Positions 40,811 through 56,190 of a stretch of 64,000 bases of DNA are shown piece after piece. The translations under genes were made by a program, and so were the position numbers. Within the stretch, counting starts at the first letter, position 1; each line of letters starts with the position of its first letter. The DNA comes from the human T2T-CHM13v2.0 reference genome, Homo sapiens: NCBI RefSeq assembly GCF_009914755.1, contig NC_060927.1; one strand, 5' to 3'. The notes below the pieces were generated by a model, which saw only the letters and a program-made list of their open reading frames with translations, made no database searches and was not told the origin of the DNA.

Positions 40811-41843
40811 TGAATAACAACACTTCCTGGTCAATAAAGGAAATAACTCACCAATAATACCCAGCCACAATATTAAGATTAATGTCTTATTTATCTCAGA
40901 GTTTTAGCTATGATTATAGCATAAAAGTTAGAAATCATTCCAGAAAAGGGTGCAGTAAGAATATTTCCAAAGGTTTGGGTGCATTGTATAATTAATGCAA
41001 CCCTGTACAAACTATGTTTACAGTAAATTAAATCTAGAAATAGTATGAAGAACTATGTACAATGGCCAACTAAGATTTATTCCAGTTAAGCAAAACTGGA
41101 AAAATCAATCAATATAATCTTGAAAAATATGATCACTTGAAAAATCAACCAGTATAATCTCTCATATCTATAGGTTGAAGAATAACTTATACAGAATAAA
41201 TCATTTGACAAAATATAATTCATTTATAATAAACACTTTCAGTAAAGTAGGAATAAATGGAAATTTCTTCTACTTAATAAAGTGCAGCTACAAAAAAACC
41301 TAAAACTAACGTTATAGTTAATCATGAAAGAGTAAATGCTTTCAGCTCAAGATTGGGAACAAGGAAAGGATTGCTCACTCTCCACATTCTTATTGAATAT
41401 AGTAATAGAAAGTCTACCCACTGTAATAAGAAAATAAATAAAATGTGTACAGATTGCAAAGGAAGAGATAAACCTTTCGCGATTTATAGATGACATGACT
41501 GTCCAAGTAGATCCTGAGGAAACTATATAAAATAAACTCCTAAAACTATTGTGTAAATTCAGCAAGGTTGCAAGACACAAGGTTAACACATAAAAGTTAA
41601 TTACATTTCTGCATGCTAACAATAAGCATGTGGAGACTGAAATGAAAAACACATTACCATTTATAACTGATACAAAAATGAAATGCTTAAATGTGAGTCT
41701 AACAGAATACCTAAAAAATTTATAAACTAAAAATTACAAAATTATAATGAAGAAATTAAAGACACAACAAATAAATGGAGAGATATACCATGTTGATGGA
41801 TTGGATGACTCAACATGCAAAGATCCCCATCTTGCCAAGTTGA

Positions 41844-42180
<337 letters not shown>

Positions 42181-42420
42181 ATTTGTCTATTTTCAGTAAA
42201 GCCTGTATGTATCAGTGAGATTTGGTATAATTTCTATTAAAATCCTAGCACGGTTTTTTTTTGGAAGCAAAGACAAACTTACAATGAAATGTATGTGGAA
42301 GTTACAGGGCATAAAATATTTAAGCCAATCTCCAAAAATTTAAGTGGCATGAATTACTTTATCTGATAATAAACCTGGTATATAGCTATAAAACATCAGG
42401 TAATGTGGTAGTGGCCAAGG

Positions 42421-42540
42421 CATAATATAGATTAACATAGATCAATTAACTGTTAATAATTAATTAATAATATAGATTAATTAATAATTAATAATATAGA
42501 TTATATAATTTGATTAATATAAATTAATATATATTAATAG
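42421..42540. repeat. AT-rich imperfect tandem expansion inside L1MD
   Basis: Repeated TAATAATATAGATTAAT-like units. Confidence 0.8.
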
Positions 42541-44092
42541 AACCCATAATTAGACCCACTTAATGATGTCTTTTTTTGACAAAGATGCCAAAGCAATTCA
42601 ATGGCTAAAAGATAGCCTTCCCAACACATAGTGATAGAGAAATTGGATATAGGCAATAAAAATTGAACCTTAACCTCACCTCATACTTTGTGCAAAAATT
42701 AACTCAGTTGGATCACAGACTCAAATATAAAAGGTTAAATTATAAAACTTAAAAAAAACACATAAGAAAAATTTTCAGTTATAGACGTAGGTAAAACGAT
42801 CTTAGACTGACATCAAAACATAGCCCATAGAGGAATAATTCATAAATTGGACCACATAAAAATTAAAAACTTGTGCTCTGTGAAAGCACAGGTTTTCATC
42901 CTGTTAAAAGGATGAAAAAATAAGCCAATTAGAAAAAGGCAAAAGATATAAAGAGGCATTTCACAGAAGATAATGTACAGGTAAATCATAGATACAAACA
43001 ATTTTCAACACCAGTAGTCATTGGATAGAAACAGACTAAAAACACAGTGAGGTATCAATACACACCTTCTAAACTGAGTAATCTTTTTAAAAGTAACAAA
43101 GCCAGATGAAGATGAGGATGGAGAAAAGTTGGATCATCTCTACATTGCTTTTTGGAGTGTAAAATATTACAGCAACTATGGGAAAATAATTCAGTAGTTT
43201 TTAAATGAAATTTATATGCAATTATAATGCAGTCTAGCAAATACACGCTTAGGCATTTATGCTAGAGAAAGGAAAATGTATATTGACACAAAAGTCTATA
43301 CACAAATGTTAATATCAGCTATAGTAATAATAGACTCAAACTGGAAATAATCCAGATGACCTTCAATTGGTAAATGACTAAACAAACCATTGTTTATCCA
43401 TACTATGGAAGAGTACTTAGTAATAAGAATAAGCACAGATACAAGGAACAACTTGTGTGAATCACCAAGGAATTACGCTGAGTGAGAAAAAACAGGGCAA
43501 CCCCCAAAGCTTATGTACCATATAAAGCTATTTAAATTATACTTTAAGAAAGATAAAATTTTAGATCTGGAGAAGAGATTAGTAATTGCCAGGTATTAGG
43601 AGAGAAGAAATAGCCAGAGAGAGGGTGGTGGAGACGGTTACATAGGGCAGTATAAGGTGTCCTTGTGGTGATGGAACTGCTCTGTGTTCTGACTGTGATA
43701 GTAGATACAAGAACCTACATACATGACAAAATTTATGTAAAATATATACATACAGACAAATACATATACACACAAAGTAGAAATAAAACTGAAGAGATAT
43801 AAATAAAATTGATGGAGTGCGTGAATGTCAAAATCCTGTTTGCAATATTGTACTATGAAGTAACATTAGGGGGAACCGAGTAACAGGTATATGGGATCTC
43901 TTTGTAATATTTCTTATGGTTGCATGTGACTCTACAATTATCTCAAAATAAAAACGCTAATTAAAATTAATTTTATTCATAGATGATATTATATATAGAA
44001 AACCACTAGAGACTTTATCAAAATACAGTTAGAACTAATTATCAAATTCAGCAAAATTGCAGGATACAAAATGAACATGCAAAAATCAGTAG

Positions 44093-44415
<323 letters not shown>

Positions 44416-45155
44416 TCAGTAGCATTTTTATACACTATTTATGAACTGTCTGAAAAAAAAAATCAAGAAAATAGTCTTATTTACAATAGCATTAAAAATG
44501 TTTATTTAGGAATAGATTTAACCAAAGAGGTGAAAGAACGTTACACTGAAAACTATGAAACATTGCTGAAAGACAATAAAAAAGACAAATTTAATGGAAA
44601 TACATCCGTATTCAGGGATAGGAAGATTAATATTGTTACTATGTTCATACTACCCAATGTGACCTACAGATTCAATGCAATCTGTATCAAAATTCCAATA
44701 ACTTTTTATAGACATTGAAAAGATGACCTAAAATTCATATAGAACCATAAAAGATCTGGGATAACCAAAGCAATCTGGAGCAAAGGGAGCAAAGCTGGAA
44801 GTATTACACTACCTGATCTCAAAATGTACTACAAAGCCATAGTAATCAAAACAGCATGGTACTGACACAAAAAGAGAAAGAGAGACTGGTGAAACAAAAA
44901 GGAGAGACTAGAAATAAATTTGCACATTTATAGCCAACTGATCTTTGACAAAGTCAACAAGATCACACACCAGGGAAAGGAGTCTCTTCAATGAGTGGCT
45001 TTGGAAACCTGGGTATCCACATGCAGAATAATAAAATTGGAATCTATCTCACCCCATCTACAAAAATCAACCAAAATGAATGAAAGAATTACATTCAGGA
45101 CCTTAAACTACAAAACTGCAAGAAGACAACAGAGAAAAAAGCTTCTTGCCATTGG

Positions 45156-45615
45156 TGCTATGGTTTGTAGATGATTTGTTCCTCCGCAGCAAAACTCATG
45201 TTGAAATTTGATCCCTAATGTGGAAGTGTTGGGAGGGACCCTAGCGGAAGGTGTTTGGGTCATATGGGTGGATCCATCCCTATGGATGGCTTGGTGCCGT
45301 TCTCTCAATCCTGAGTGAGGTCTTACAAGACTGGATTGGTTTTCAGGAAATAGATCAGTTCCTATGAGAGTTGGTTGTTATAAAGCCCGGATGCCCCTAG
45401 GGTTTTTGCCTCTTCATATGTGTCCACTTCCCCTTTGAATTTCTCCCCCGCGACATGGCACAGTACAAAAGGTCTCACCAGAAGCTGAACAGATGCTGGT
45501 ATCATGCTTCTTGTATTTCCAAGCCTGCTGTATTGTAAGCTAAATAAACATATTTTCTTTATAAATTTCCCAATCTCAGGTATTCTGTTATAGTAACACT
45601 AAATGAACTAAGGCA
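45156..45615 (+). mobile_element. Solo MaLR LTR, MSTB1/MSTB2-like
   Basis: TGCTATGGTTTG...AAAACTCATGTTGAAATTTGATCCC...CTCAGGTATTCTGTTATAG...ACTAAGGCA; 5-bp TSD ATTGG/ATTAG; L1 resumes in register. Confidence 0.95.
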
Positions 45616-46828
45616 ATTAGTTCAGGTAATCATTTTTTGGATATGATTCAAAAAGCACAGGCAACAAAAGCAAAAAGGGACAAATGTGATTATCTCAAAC
45701 TAAGAAGATGATGCACAGATAAGGAAACAATCAACAGACTGAAGAGACAAGTTACGGAATGGGAGAAAACATTTTATAACCATATATCTAATAAGGACTT
45801 AATATCCAAAATGTGGCAGGAATACAAACAACTCAATAGCAAGGAAACAACCCAATTAAAACATGGGCAAAGGATGTAAAAAGACATTTCTCAAAAAAAA
45901 AGTACTAATGGTCAACAGTTATATTAAACAATGCTCAACATAACTATTCATCAGATAAATGCAAATAAAACTCACAATTAGATATCACCTCCCACTTGTT
46001 GAGATGGCTGTTATCATGAAGACAACAGATAAGTAAGTGTTCGTGTGGATGTAGAGACAGGGAACCCTTGTGTGCTATTGCTGGGAATGTAAATTAGTTC
46101 AACCATTATGGAAAAGAGTATGGAGGTTCCTCAGAAAACTAGAAATAGAACTACCATATGATCCAGCAATCTCATTTCTGGGAACATATCCAGAGGAAAT
46201 GAAATCAGTATGTTGAATAGATAGCTGCACCACAATATTCATTACAGCATTATTCACAAAACCTAAGATATAGAATCAAACTAAGTATTCATCAATGAAA
46301 GAATGGATAAGGAAAATGCGGTATACACAGTAGAATACAATTCAGCCTTAAGAAAGAAGAAAATCCTGGTGATTTGTGACAACATGGATAAACTGTGAAA
46401 TAAGCCAGGCACAGACAAACAAATACCTCATCATCTCATTTGTAACTAGAATCTAAAACAGCCAAACTCAGAGAAATAGAGAACAAAATGCTGGTCACCA
46501 GGGGTTTGGGGACAGTAGGGGTCGAGGAGATGTTGGTCAAAAGCATACGAAATTTTACTGAGACAGGAAGAGCAGGTTGAGGAGATCTACTGTGCAACAT
46601 GGTGACTACAGTTAATAACCACATAATGTATACTTGAACATTAGTAAGATAGTCGATTTTAAGTGTTCTTATCACAAGAAAAAAGTATGTGAGTTTGAGG
46701 GAACAAATACGTTAATTAGCTTGACTTAGCCAATCCACAGTGTATCCATATAGCAAAACATTATGTCGCATACCATAAGTATGTATACCCTTTGTCAATT
46801 AAAAAATAAAATATTTAAAAATTAATTT

Positions 46829-47270
46829 GGCAATATATCACAGAAGTTTTTTTTTTAATAACAAACATAACTTGAATTTCCACTTTGGGAAATTGACTTA
46901 AAAACAAATTACTGAATATTGCCTAGTTGTAGGGAAGTCTTATTACACATAAACACACAAAATGCTGATGTAGATCTGTATCAGTAGACATTTGGAAGTA
47001 ACTTCCAAGTAAACTAATTGATAAATAGCAAGTCTCAAACATATGCATAGTTAGACCTCATTTATATAAAACAAAAACAAGTTCTGTGGTTCTAGTCTGT
47101 GTCTGTGAGTGTGTAGCTAGATGGAAACACTCCAAATTATTATTGATTCTTTCCAGTAAGTACAATATGGGGTACTGTAAAGAAACAGGAAGTTTATTTT
47201 ATATTCAATGTAATTATCATTGAGATTCTTATAATATACATGTGTAACTTTGGTAATTAAAATATTTTCC
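46829..47270 (+). mobile_element. Very old L1ME-like 3' fragment
   Basis: GGCAATATATCA...AATTTCCACTTTGGGAAATTGA...ATACATGTGTAACTTTGGTAATTAAAA. Confidence 0.45.
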
Positions 47271-49851
47271 TTAAAAGAAGGGTATGTGTGCTCATAAGGA
47301 ATAATGTTTATTATGTAACTGAATAAGACAGTACGTGTTTGTTCATTAAGTGTGGTGTACTATATATTAACTCCTTCAATATTTAGGGAATACCTTTTAT
47401 TCATTCTTGAACACTTAGTGCTTAGTACAGATGAAGGGATCAATAAATATACAGATTATGCTTATATGAAGAAAAGGAGACTAAGAAAATTCAGGAGAAT
47501 ATAAATTTTTTTAAATTATGTTTATGGGTGATTTTCTTATTTGTTTTAATTTTGACTGCGCAAGATGTTAAAACTTCTATGATGAAAAAAACAGTAGTCA
47601 AACTAGCTCGTGGTGATCCCAGTTACCAAAGTATGCAAGAAATATCCAGTCACTTTATCATTAGTTTTATTTTAAATAAATCATCATACATATCCTCATG
47701 TATATATCACACAGTGAGGATTATCGTATTCAAAGGACACACTGGAAATCTAGTAATATTAAACTTGGCTTTGCCTGGAGTATAGATTGGACAGCAGACA
47801 AAAATCTACATGTTAAATCATAGTCCTCTAAATGACGTTTCTGTTGTTCGACATGTCATGGCACTTCGCTTTAACAGTCTCTCATTTAACTTGCTTCTTC
47901 AACATATGTGCTCATCTTAATCATTCACTCATCCTTGAAGTAGCCAAATTTAAATGTCATGTGTTTTTATTCACAGAGCATGGAATCAATCTCATTATAC
48001 CCTTGAATGCACAGCTTTCACTAGGAGACCCTCCTTCTAAGCCAAAAAATCAATTTATGTTTAACTGGAGGAATGATATCTTTTTCTGATTGTTGGCAAA
48101 ATGAGAGAGGGAGGGAGAGGGGGAACTACTCCATTTATTATATGTTAAAATGTCACTTCATGGTTACCTCCCATGTGCATGGTAGATCTGGCAGCTAATT
48201 AACATTGTCAAACCACGTTAATCTCACCTACAAATTCATTTATTATTTTGGATAATGTAACTGAAGTTGTACAAGAGAAGATTCAGGATCACATTAAATG
48301 CATTGAACTATTAATGTATTAGAACGTAGTATGATCAAGCAGTAGCTCAGTACTCATTACGATCCTCAGTAAATTCTTCATCATACAATTGGGAAGAGTT
48401 GCTTTGTAATTATTAACTCAGAAGACAATACTTCTATAAGATCATGGACTAGTGTGATAGGAATTATTCAGGGAACATTTTGAACATGAAGCTTCTCTTC
48501 GTAGCTTCATAGTAAGTTTATATTCAGTTTGCTGTTCTCCATTGTTAGTATGCTAAGGTTCACAAAAGAATTATCTCTGAGATGTCTCTTGCATGATTGT
48601 ACTGTAGGTCAGAGAGAATTTGAGAAAGTCCAGTGTTTCAGATAACAATTTAAGATACAAACGTGTTAGTACAGATCTTTATGGCTTAACAAATCACTTT
48701 TACATGGTTTTAGCTGATCCTAGCAAAAGTCTCATAAGTAAGCAGATATTACTAACTCTAAAAGGTTAAATAACTTGATCAAGAGTACACTGTGGGTAAA
48801 GGACAAAGTTGAGATGATAATTCTGCTTATTGATGGAATGAATACATGCATAATAAATGAATGGATGGCAAAATAGACAACTCCAGGTATTCTTACAGAT
48901 AGTACATCATTGCAGCTACTCACTTATAAGGCATATACCATATGCATTAATATTGCATGTTCACCCAAAACTTTCAGTTAATCTTTATGCATTTTGGAGG
49001 TAATGTCTTAAAAAAGTGATGTGAACAAGCCCCAATAAAATTATTGTTTTTTGCTAATGAATAATAGGATGCATCAGTTTAGACAGAAAATAGATTCTAG
49101 TAATTTACACAGCTTAAAACTTTCAGATTTGTCTCTAGCTGATGAAAATCAGCGGCATCTGGTAGTACAGGAAGGGGGCAGTAGAAATTCTATGCTGTCA
49201 GGGCTACACCATCAGTGTGAGTAGTGATTTTACCAGATGATATGAAACAATATTCTTGTTATCATTGTGGAGCCTCCAATACATAAAAATACAAAGAAAA
49301 GGGGAATAACGATTCTTAAAATATTTTTTAATCAAGCAGCACAAATTTGAAATTTGCCATATTCATTCACTTCCTGAATTGAATATCATCCATATGAATT
49401 ATGTATCACATTGATGTCATTTTTATGAACTGCTACATTGGTGACTAATTGAGGTATATTTTAGTTTTAAAGAATATGTTGCTGTGCTTAATTATCCTGA
49501 TAAACACATTTTATAACTTCTAGCACATATGCTATTTCATTAAATTAATGGTTTTCAGAATCATTGATTTAATTGACAGTTTGCAATTCATGAAGAAATT
49601 GGATGAATAAGTGAATGTACATTTTATATTTTACAAATTGCAGAATACAAGTTCATGAGTCTTTTTCACCTATGACTTTCATTAGTTAATGGTATTTCCA
49701 TCAGTTTTATTGGCCACATGTCATGACAGTAGGAAACAATAGGATTGTCTGCATCAAGAAAGAACAAGTAGTAAGTCATGAATCTTTTTTTTCTCTGTTG
49801 TAAGCAAAGCTTAAGCACAGATATTGCTAATCAAGGTTTGGTCTTGTTCAA

Positions 49852-50042
49852 GTTCCAAGCTATCATCAACTCATCATAACTATTGCAAAAGTCTCCTAGT
49901 TGGAATATCTGCATCCACTTTGCCTAGTCTCAAATTCCATCTTCAGTCTGTAGCCAGAAGAATATCTTTCTAAAATCAATTAAATTGGCATCTATTTTAT
50001 TCCTTAAAACTGCTCAATGGCTCCAAATTTCTCTTAGGATAG
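49852..50042 (+). mobile_element. L2 fragment
   Basis: CCAAGCTATCATC...ACTATTGCAAAAGTCTCCTAGTTGG...GTAGCCAGAAGAATATCTTTCTAAAA...CTTAAAACTGCTCAATGGCTCC. Confidence 0.8.
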
Positions 50043-50296
50043 TCACATTAGTTAGAAAAAAGTAGCTTCCATAACAAAAAAAACTACATTTTATTGGCAT
50101 AACACAAAAGATTCTCTTTCATTCACCCAACGGTACAAAATATATTTCTGGTATGTGAGATGCAGCCTAATTATGACACAAGAACCAATGTTCTGTCGCT
50201 TAATGACACAGAGTTCTCTGCATTCTGATAAAAGAAGTTAAAAAGAATGAAGGAGTCACATAAAATCTTAAACATGTTATTCCAGATGTGCACATC

Positions 50297-51027
50297 ATTT
50301 ATTTTACTTTCAATTTTTATGGATACATAATAGTTGCACATACACGTGGAATAAATGTAATATTTTGATATAAGCATACAATGTGTAATGATCAAATCAG
50401 GGTGATTGGTGGATCCAACACTTCGGACATTTATCATTTCTTTGTGCTGTGAACATTCCAAATCCACTCTTCTGGTTATTTTGGAATATACAATAGATTA
50501 TTGTTAACTATATCCCCTCTATTTTGCTACTGAACACAAGATCTTATTCGTACTATCCAACTGTGTTTTTGTACCCACTAGCCCACTCCTCTTTAAACAT
50601 GTCCCACTATTCTCAGTTTCGGGTAACATTCTACTCCCCACCTCCATGAGATCAATTATTTTAGCTCTCACATATGAGAACATGTGATATTTGTCTCTGA
50701 GCCTGGATTATTTCTCTTAACAGAATGTCCTTCAGTTCTATCCATGTTGTTGCAAATTACAGCGTTTCATTCAGGTGGCTGAATAATATTGCGTTGTGCA
50801 TATGTACCACATTTTCTTTATCCATTCATCTGTTGATAGACACTAAGGATGATTTCATTATCTTGGCTATTGTGAATATTGCTGTAATAAACATGGGAAT
50901 GCAAATAACTTTTCAATATGCTGATTTCCCTTCTTGTGGATATATACCCAGCAGTGGGATTTCTGGATCATATGATAGTTCTGCTTGTAGTTTTGAGGAA
51001 CCTCCATACTCTTTTCTATAGTGGTTT
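50297..51027 (-). mobile_element. L1MA (about MA2-4) 3' end
   Basis: TTTTTATGGATACATAATAGTTGCACAT...CATACAATGTGTAATGATCAAATCAGGGT...ATATACCCAGCAGTGGGATT...GAGGAACCTCCATACT. Confidence 0.92.
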
Positions 51028-51229
51028 AATACTCTGGATTGGCCAGAATCAGCCTGATAGCCATATATATCTGCATTTATGTCTGGAGATATTTTCCTTC
51101 AAATGGTAGTCCCTTCTCAGGAAAATTTTCCACTGTAAGTGGTGGCACACGGTTTTTAGTAAACAGTTAATTGTCTCTGCTGCAAACCTACCTCTTAAGA
51201 TGTCAGGTAAGACCTGCATTTCTGGCCAT

Positions 51230-51640
51230 ATCAAGCACACTGCTCTTCTTCAGCTGATACAAGTGTTCCTTCTATCTCTTGAGTGCCATATGTTTCCTTC
51301 TAAAATATAGTTTTTCACATACTTTTATGTTTTGCCTACTATTCTATTCTTCCTTCTGGTCTCAGTAAATTGTGATTTCCTTATAAAATTCTTACCCAGC
51401 TTATGTGAGTCAGTTTTCTGTGTTACGTATTCTCATAGTCACATCCTACATGCACCTGTATTCTGCAGCACTTGTTTCTGTTGCAATTTTTACATTTGTT
51501 TATTACATGAAGCCTTCAATACAGTATTAGCTTTATGATGGTGGATGTTTGCTTTTGCTCATCATTTTATTTTTAGCCTATTATGAAGTGCTTAGCCACA
51601 GTAGGCACTCAGAAGTACTGCATAAATAAATGAATCAATT
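51230..51640 (+). mobile_element. L2 3' end
   Basis: AGTGCTTAGCCACAGTAGGCACTCAGAAGTACTGCATAAATAAATGAAT. Confidence 0.65.
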
Positions 51641-51741
51641 GCCTGATCTTGCACTCTTCAAAGCCTTTTACATTGCTATAATTGTCTTCCAAATGCAAAT
51701 GTTCATCAAAGGTGTTTTTTCTCCATTTTGAAAAAAAATGA

Positions 51742-52182
51742 ATGCTTTAGTTTGGGCTCCCTCAGAAGCAAACTCTAATTTTAATATTCAAGTGTAAGTA
51801 TTTTATTTTTGTTCCTAGGCATGGGAAACGAGAGAAATGGGAAAGTGGTACAGGAAGGAATAGGCAGCCAACAATGTGATAATAAACCACATTTGCTGAC
51901 TGAATAATTCCATAGTGAAGACTGGGAAACAATGTAAAACACTACATCAGAAATATTCCACTTGATGGAAAATGGACTTGGAGTAAAAATACTCCTTGAC
52001 ATCATCATTAGGTTACAACTCATGTGGAGGACTGCTAATTTTCCTTAGAGATTTAGCAAGCGAAGTGACCTTCTGGGGAAATATTCTGGACCAGGAGATG
52101 CAGATTTTGGTAGCTGGAAGACTGTTGTTCATCCAAAAAGAATATGTATAAGGGATGTGGGTATTCACAGCATCCAACACAG
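51742..52182 (-). mobile_element. ERVL LTR16-like solo LTR
   Basis: TTAGTTTGGGCTCCCTCAGAAGCAAACTCT...ATTCAAGTGTAAGTATTTTATTT...ACAGGAAGGAATAGGCAGCCAA...CACAGCATCCAACACA. Confidence 0.75.
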
Positions 52183-52598
52183 TTCACCCGAGGCTTAGTG
52201 CCACTGTCATCACACACTGCAAGCCTTTCTCTCTCTCACGTTTGACTCTTCCTCTTTTGGCTGGTCTTCACTTTGTGCTCTTTCCCAGTCTTCCTGAAAG
52301 GACACTGACAGATGAGTATTCTTAAAGCACATCATCTCTCCTGTTATGTGCCTTCTCCACAGTCCTCAGTGAGTATTCTTTTACTCTAAGATTCAGCCTA
52401 ATCCTTAGCTTACATTCAATAATGTGTAAAAGTTAGTCCATTCATGCTTTTTTTCACTCTTGACATTCACTGTCAAATTCTCTCCTTTGGTATTTACTTG
52501 TGCTTTTCTACATAACTTCCTACACCCCTTCTACCTGGGATAATCTTGTCTTGTTGAATTCCCATTTATTCAACAATGCAGAGTTTAAATCTAGGCTT

Positions 52599-52878
52599 TT
52601 AAAATTTTACTTTAATTGAAAAATAATAATTGTACATATTCATAGGGTACATAATGATATTTCTGTATATATACAATATATAGTGATCTGATTGGAATAA
52701 TTACCATATCCATTATCTCAAAAGTTTATCATTTCTTTGTGTGGGAACATTCAATATTCTCCCTCTAGCTATGTAAAGCTATATAATATATTAATGTTAA
52801 CTATTGTCATCCTACAATGGTATAGAACACTAGAACTTATTCCTCCTATCTAGCTGCAATTTTGTATCCTCTAACACA
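52599..52878 (-). mobile_element. Short L1MA 3'UTR insertion with TSD, inside L2 remnants
   Basis: AATTGTACATATTCATAGGGTACATAATGAT...AGAACACTAGAACTTATTCCTCCTATCTAGCTG; TSD TTTAAATCTARGCTT at 52584-52598 and 52879-52893. Confidence 0.92.
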
Positions 52879-53189
52879 TTTAAATCTAAGCTTCTTTATT
52901 GGAATATTGAATCTCACAGCTGCTCAAATGACTTACCTTAACAGGTGAAGTATTTGCCACTCCTGTATGTTGTTATGTGTGAGTTTGGCAGAAATGTAGT
53001 AGAGTAACCCAGATGAGACTGAATGAGTAGTGTCATGTATATAGACCTGCAAATGCCTCCTTATTCTGTAATTTGATGAACTCATTTCTAATCGGTCCCA
53101 CCACTATTGATAATTTTGTAAAATGCCTATGACATGCATGGTTTTAACTATGCTTTAGGACCTAATCAAAGGTATTTTTTATTCTATAA

Positions 53190-53332
53190 CAATTGTCATA
53201 CATCAATGTCTCATATTCCCTACTAGATTATAAATTCTAAGAGGGAAGAGATGTGCTGTAATTCAATCTGTATATCAGAGTGTCTGTATTTTCCTTGTGA
53301 TAAGCACTGAAATTATCTAGAATGAGTCAATA
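53190..53332 (+). mobile_element. L2 3' tail
   Basis: CCCTACTAGATTATAAATTCTAAGAGGGAAGAGATGTG...TAAGCACTGAAATTATCTAGAATGAGT. Confidence 0.65.
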
Positions 53333-54324
53333 GATTTTTCAGCAACCTTCAGGAAGTTTCATGTTCCTTTCTTTATCCTAACCATCACCTATCATGTACT
53401 GATTATGTCATGACCCTAGCCCCACTGACCCTAAGCTTAGGCACTGCGGTGATTCACAGGCCTACTCTTAAAGTGAATAGCTTCTTTAGAAAATAAAGTA
53501 TAAAAACCTCTTTGATTATCTTATTTCTAGAAATCATGTTAGGAGGTTTGATGTTGATGAATAAATAATGTATGCTTACTTTGGACTGATTATGCAGGTG
53601 AACCAAAAAGGTTATATTTATGTGCGAGGAATTTTGAGGGAGTTTTGCAGTCCTCAAGCCATGCTCATTATCTGATAATTGTCCCTGTTTCAACTGTGAA
53701 TATCCTGTGGACATGTTTGTATTATGTGTTTCTATCCATTCCAGTGTTCACTTATTGAATAGGGGATATATATTTGCAAAACAGACAAAAATCATGTAAT
53801 ATTTCTGCTGTCAATATACTATGCTGCATGCAAAAATGAGTTTCAGTTATACTGAGAGACATACAATAGAAAAACCGGATATATTTTTATTGAGTGGAAA
53901 CTCACTTCTTAACAGTTCCTCTTTTGATCTTTGAAATATTCTTTATTTTTTAGTTGATATACAAATTTAAATTTTTCTTCTCATCCTTTTGAGTATGCAC
54001 TCATCCACATACCACCTCTCCATAATTTTATCCTGCTTCTTAGTTCATTAGTTAAGATTAACTGTCTCAGTGGTAAATTACATATACCACTTTAACCATG
54101 AGAAAATATATCCCAAAATTTTCTTGTATAGAGTCCACTTATTTCTAATTTTATTCACAAAGCACGTGCTTTATTCGTGAGTTCTATTACCACCATTACT
54201 AACATCCTACACACAAGGAAAAAAAAAGGCGAACCAAAGAGCAAAAATATTACTTAATATGAACACGGGCTCCTTCCAGATCTGGTTCAATAGCAGTTCT
54301 TCTAGGTAAGGCATAGCTTAGAAT

Positions 54325-54498
54325 CTTAAAAGTCAAAGTTTGGCCCTTGGATTATCAGTATTGACACCAATTAGAAGCTTGTTAAAAGCATAACCTCTGA
54401 CACTATCTCAGACCTATTAAATGACAGCCTGCATTTGAATACAATCTTTAAGTGCCGTTTTTTGCTGTTGTTCTTGCAAATTTTGAACTTGTGGGACC
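54325..54498. mobile_element. MER5-like hAT-Charlie MITE
   Basis: TCAAAGTTTGGCCCTTGGATTATCAGTATTGACACC...AGCTTGTTAAAA...TCAGACCTATTAAAT...CTGCATTTGAATACAATC. Confidence 0.7.
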
Positions 54499-54509
54499 CA
54501 GAAATCACA

Positions 54510-54932
54510 ATAGCAAAGATGGCTAGATATCTACCAAAAGGTGTCCTCTTTTTGTTTAATAATAGAACTTCCTAATTTTAGCTGGTTACCAGGTTACCCA
54601 TCAAAAAATGCACAACCTAGTTTTGCTTGCACTTTGGCATAGCCAAGGGACTAAATTCTGACCAGAGGCATGTGAGTGTACTGAAGTCTAGGATTTCCAG
54701 GTCACACCTAGAAAGTAAATGTATTTGAACTTTCTAGGTCCTTTTCCCACTTGATGCTGTCTCGTAGATGGTAAAAATTTGAGCAGCAAAATTGGACCCA
54801 GAAAAGGGAGGCAGATGTTAAAGATGGACAAACTATTTTGAACTGTTCTGTGAGAAAGAAGAAAACTTTCATCTTGTTTAAGCAGCTAAAACTTTTTCAT
54901 GTCTTTTTTATTGCAATTACATGGCTAATATA
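54510..54932 (+). mobile_element. Old MaLR LTR (MLT1J-like)
   Basis: TAATAGAACTTCCTAATTTTAGCTGG...GGACTAAATTCTGACCA...GTGAGAAAGAAGAAAACTTTCATCTTGTTTAAGC. Confidence 0.75.
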
Positions 54933-55481
54933 TTTATAAGTTAACTGTGTCTCCATCACTCTATTTTAACCATGTCTACAGTAACACAAAATAAGGCACA
55001 GTGAATTATATGTATAACCTCCCCTCATTGATGTTTTCAACAGCTGGATCATTGCACTACAATCCAGTGATTAATTCAAGTCAATGGCCATTTTTGTCTC
55101 TTTTGCAACTTCCAAATTCATACGGTTTAGTAGCTTTTGAATTAAAAATATGTCACTCTTTCTAATGGGTAAAATAATAAAAATAGTACCAGAAAAAGCC
55201 ACAAAAATGTCCTAAAGTGTGCAACATAATTAAACAATTATTTATCTTTCTGATTTTGAATGTTAATTTTGGTCTTATATCCTAAATCCCACATAATTGC
55301 ATTTTTTTCTGATTATACAGTTTTATACTTGGCAAAACAAATGCTGTTTAACTTAGGGAGTTATCTTTCTACAGCAGGATCCCCTAGAGTTTCAGAATAT
55401 ATTCCTTGCACACTGCTCTGTGTAGAGAAGACGTTCGTTTACAGAGCCTGTCTCAACTTCCTAACATTGGTCTGAGCACAG

Positions 55482-56190
55482 TTTTGTTTTGTTTTTTAAC
55501 AACTTTTTTTAGAACAGTTTTAAATTTACAGAAAAATTAAGAAGATAGGATATAGAGAGTTCCTAAATAACTTTCACTAAATTGTCACTATTAACATCTT
55601 GCATTAGTGTGGTGTATTTGTTACCATTAATAAAACAGTATTAATGCATTATTAGTAACTAAATACCATAGATTTTTTCACATATCCCTATTTTTTTTAC
55701 TTGTTTTTCTATGTTGGAGGATCCCATCTAGTTTCATTTAGTTGTCATGTCCCCTACACGCTTCTAGGTTGTGACAATTTCTCATACTTTTCCTCGTTTT
55801 TGATGACATTGGCAATTTTTTTTTTTTTAAGTATTGGTTAGGTATTTTGTTGGATGTCCTTCTATTGCAATTTGTCTGATGTTTCTCTCATGATTAAACT
55901 GGGGTGAAGCTTTCTTGGGAGGGAAGATCACAGATATAAAGTGTAATGTTCATCCCATCATATTATGGGTATATACTATTAAAATGATTTGTAACTTCAT
56001 ATTGACCTTGCTTGCCTGGCTGAGATAGTGTTTGTCAGTTTTCTCTGCTGCGGAATCGTTCTTTTTTTTTTTTTTTGCTCTCTGTTTCCACACCGGACTC
56101 TTTGAAGTGTAGCCACACGTACAGCCCACACTGAAAAAGTAGGGAGTTATTACCTCTTCTTTGAGGGTGGAATATCTGCATAAGTTGAGG
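55482..56190 (-). mobile_element. L1MC (about MC2/MC3) 3'UTR
   Basis: AGAACAGTTTTAAATTTACAGAAAAATT...TTAACATCTTGCATTAGTGTGG...CATTTAGTTGTCATGTC...CCTGGCTGAGATAGTGTTTGTCAG. Confidence 0.88.

Noticed and set aside
49151-49183. Two partial CTCF-like matches (CTACCAGATGCCGCT on minus; AGGAAGGGGGCAG on plus)
   Set aside because: Each mismatches high-information positions; not supportable without ChIP data
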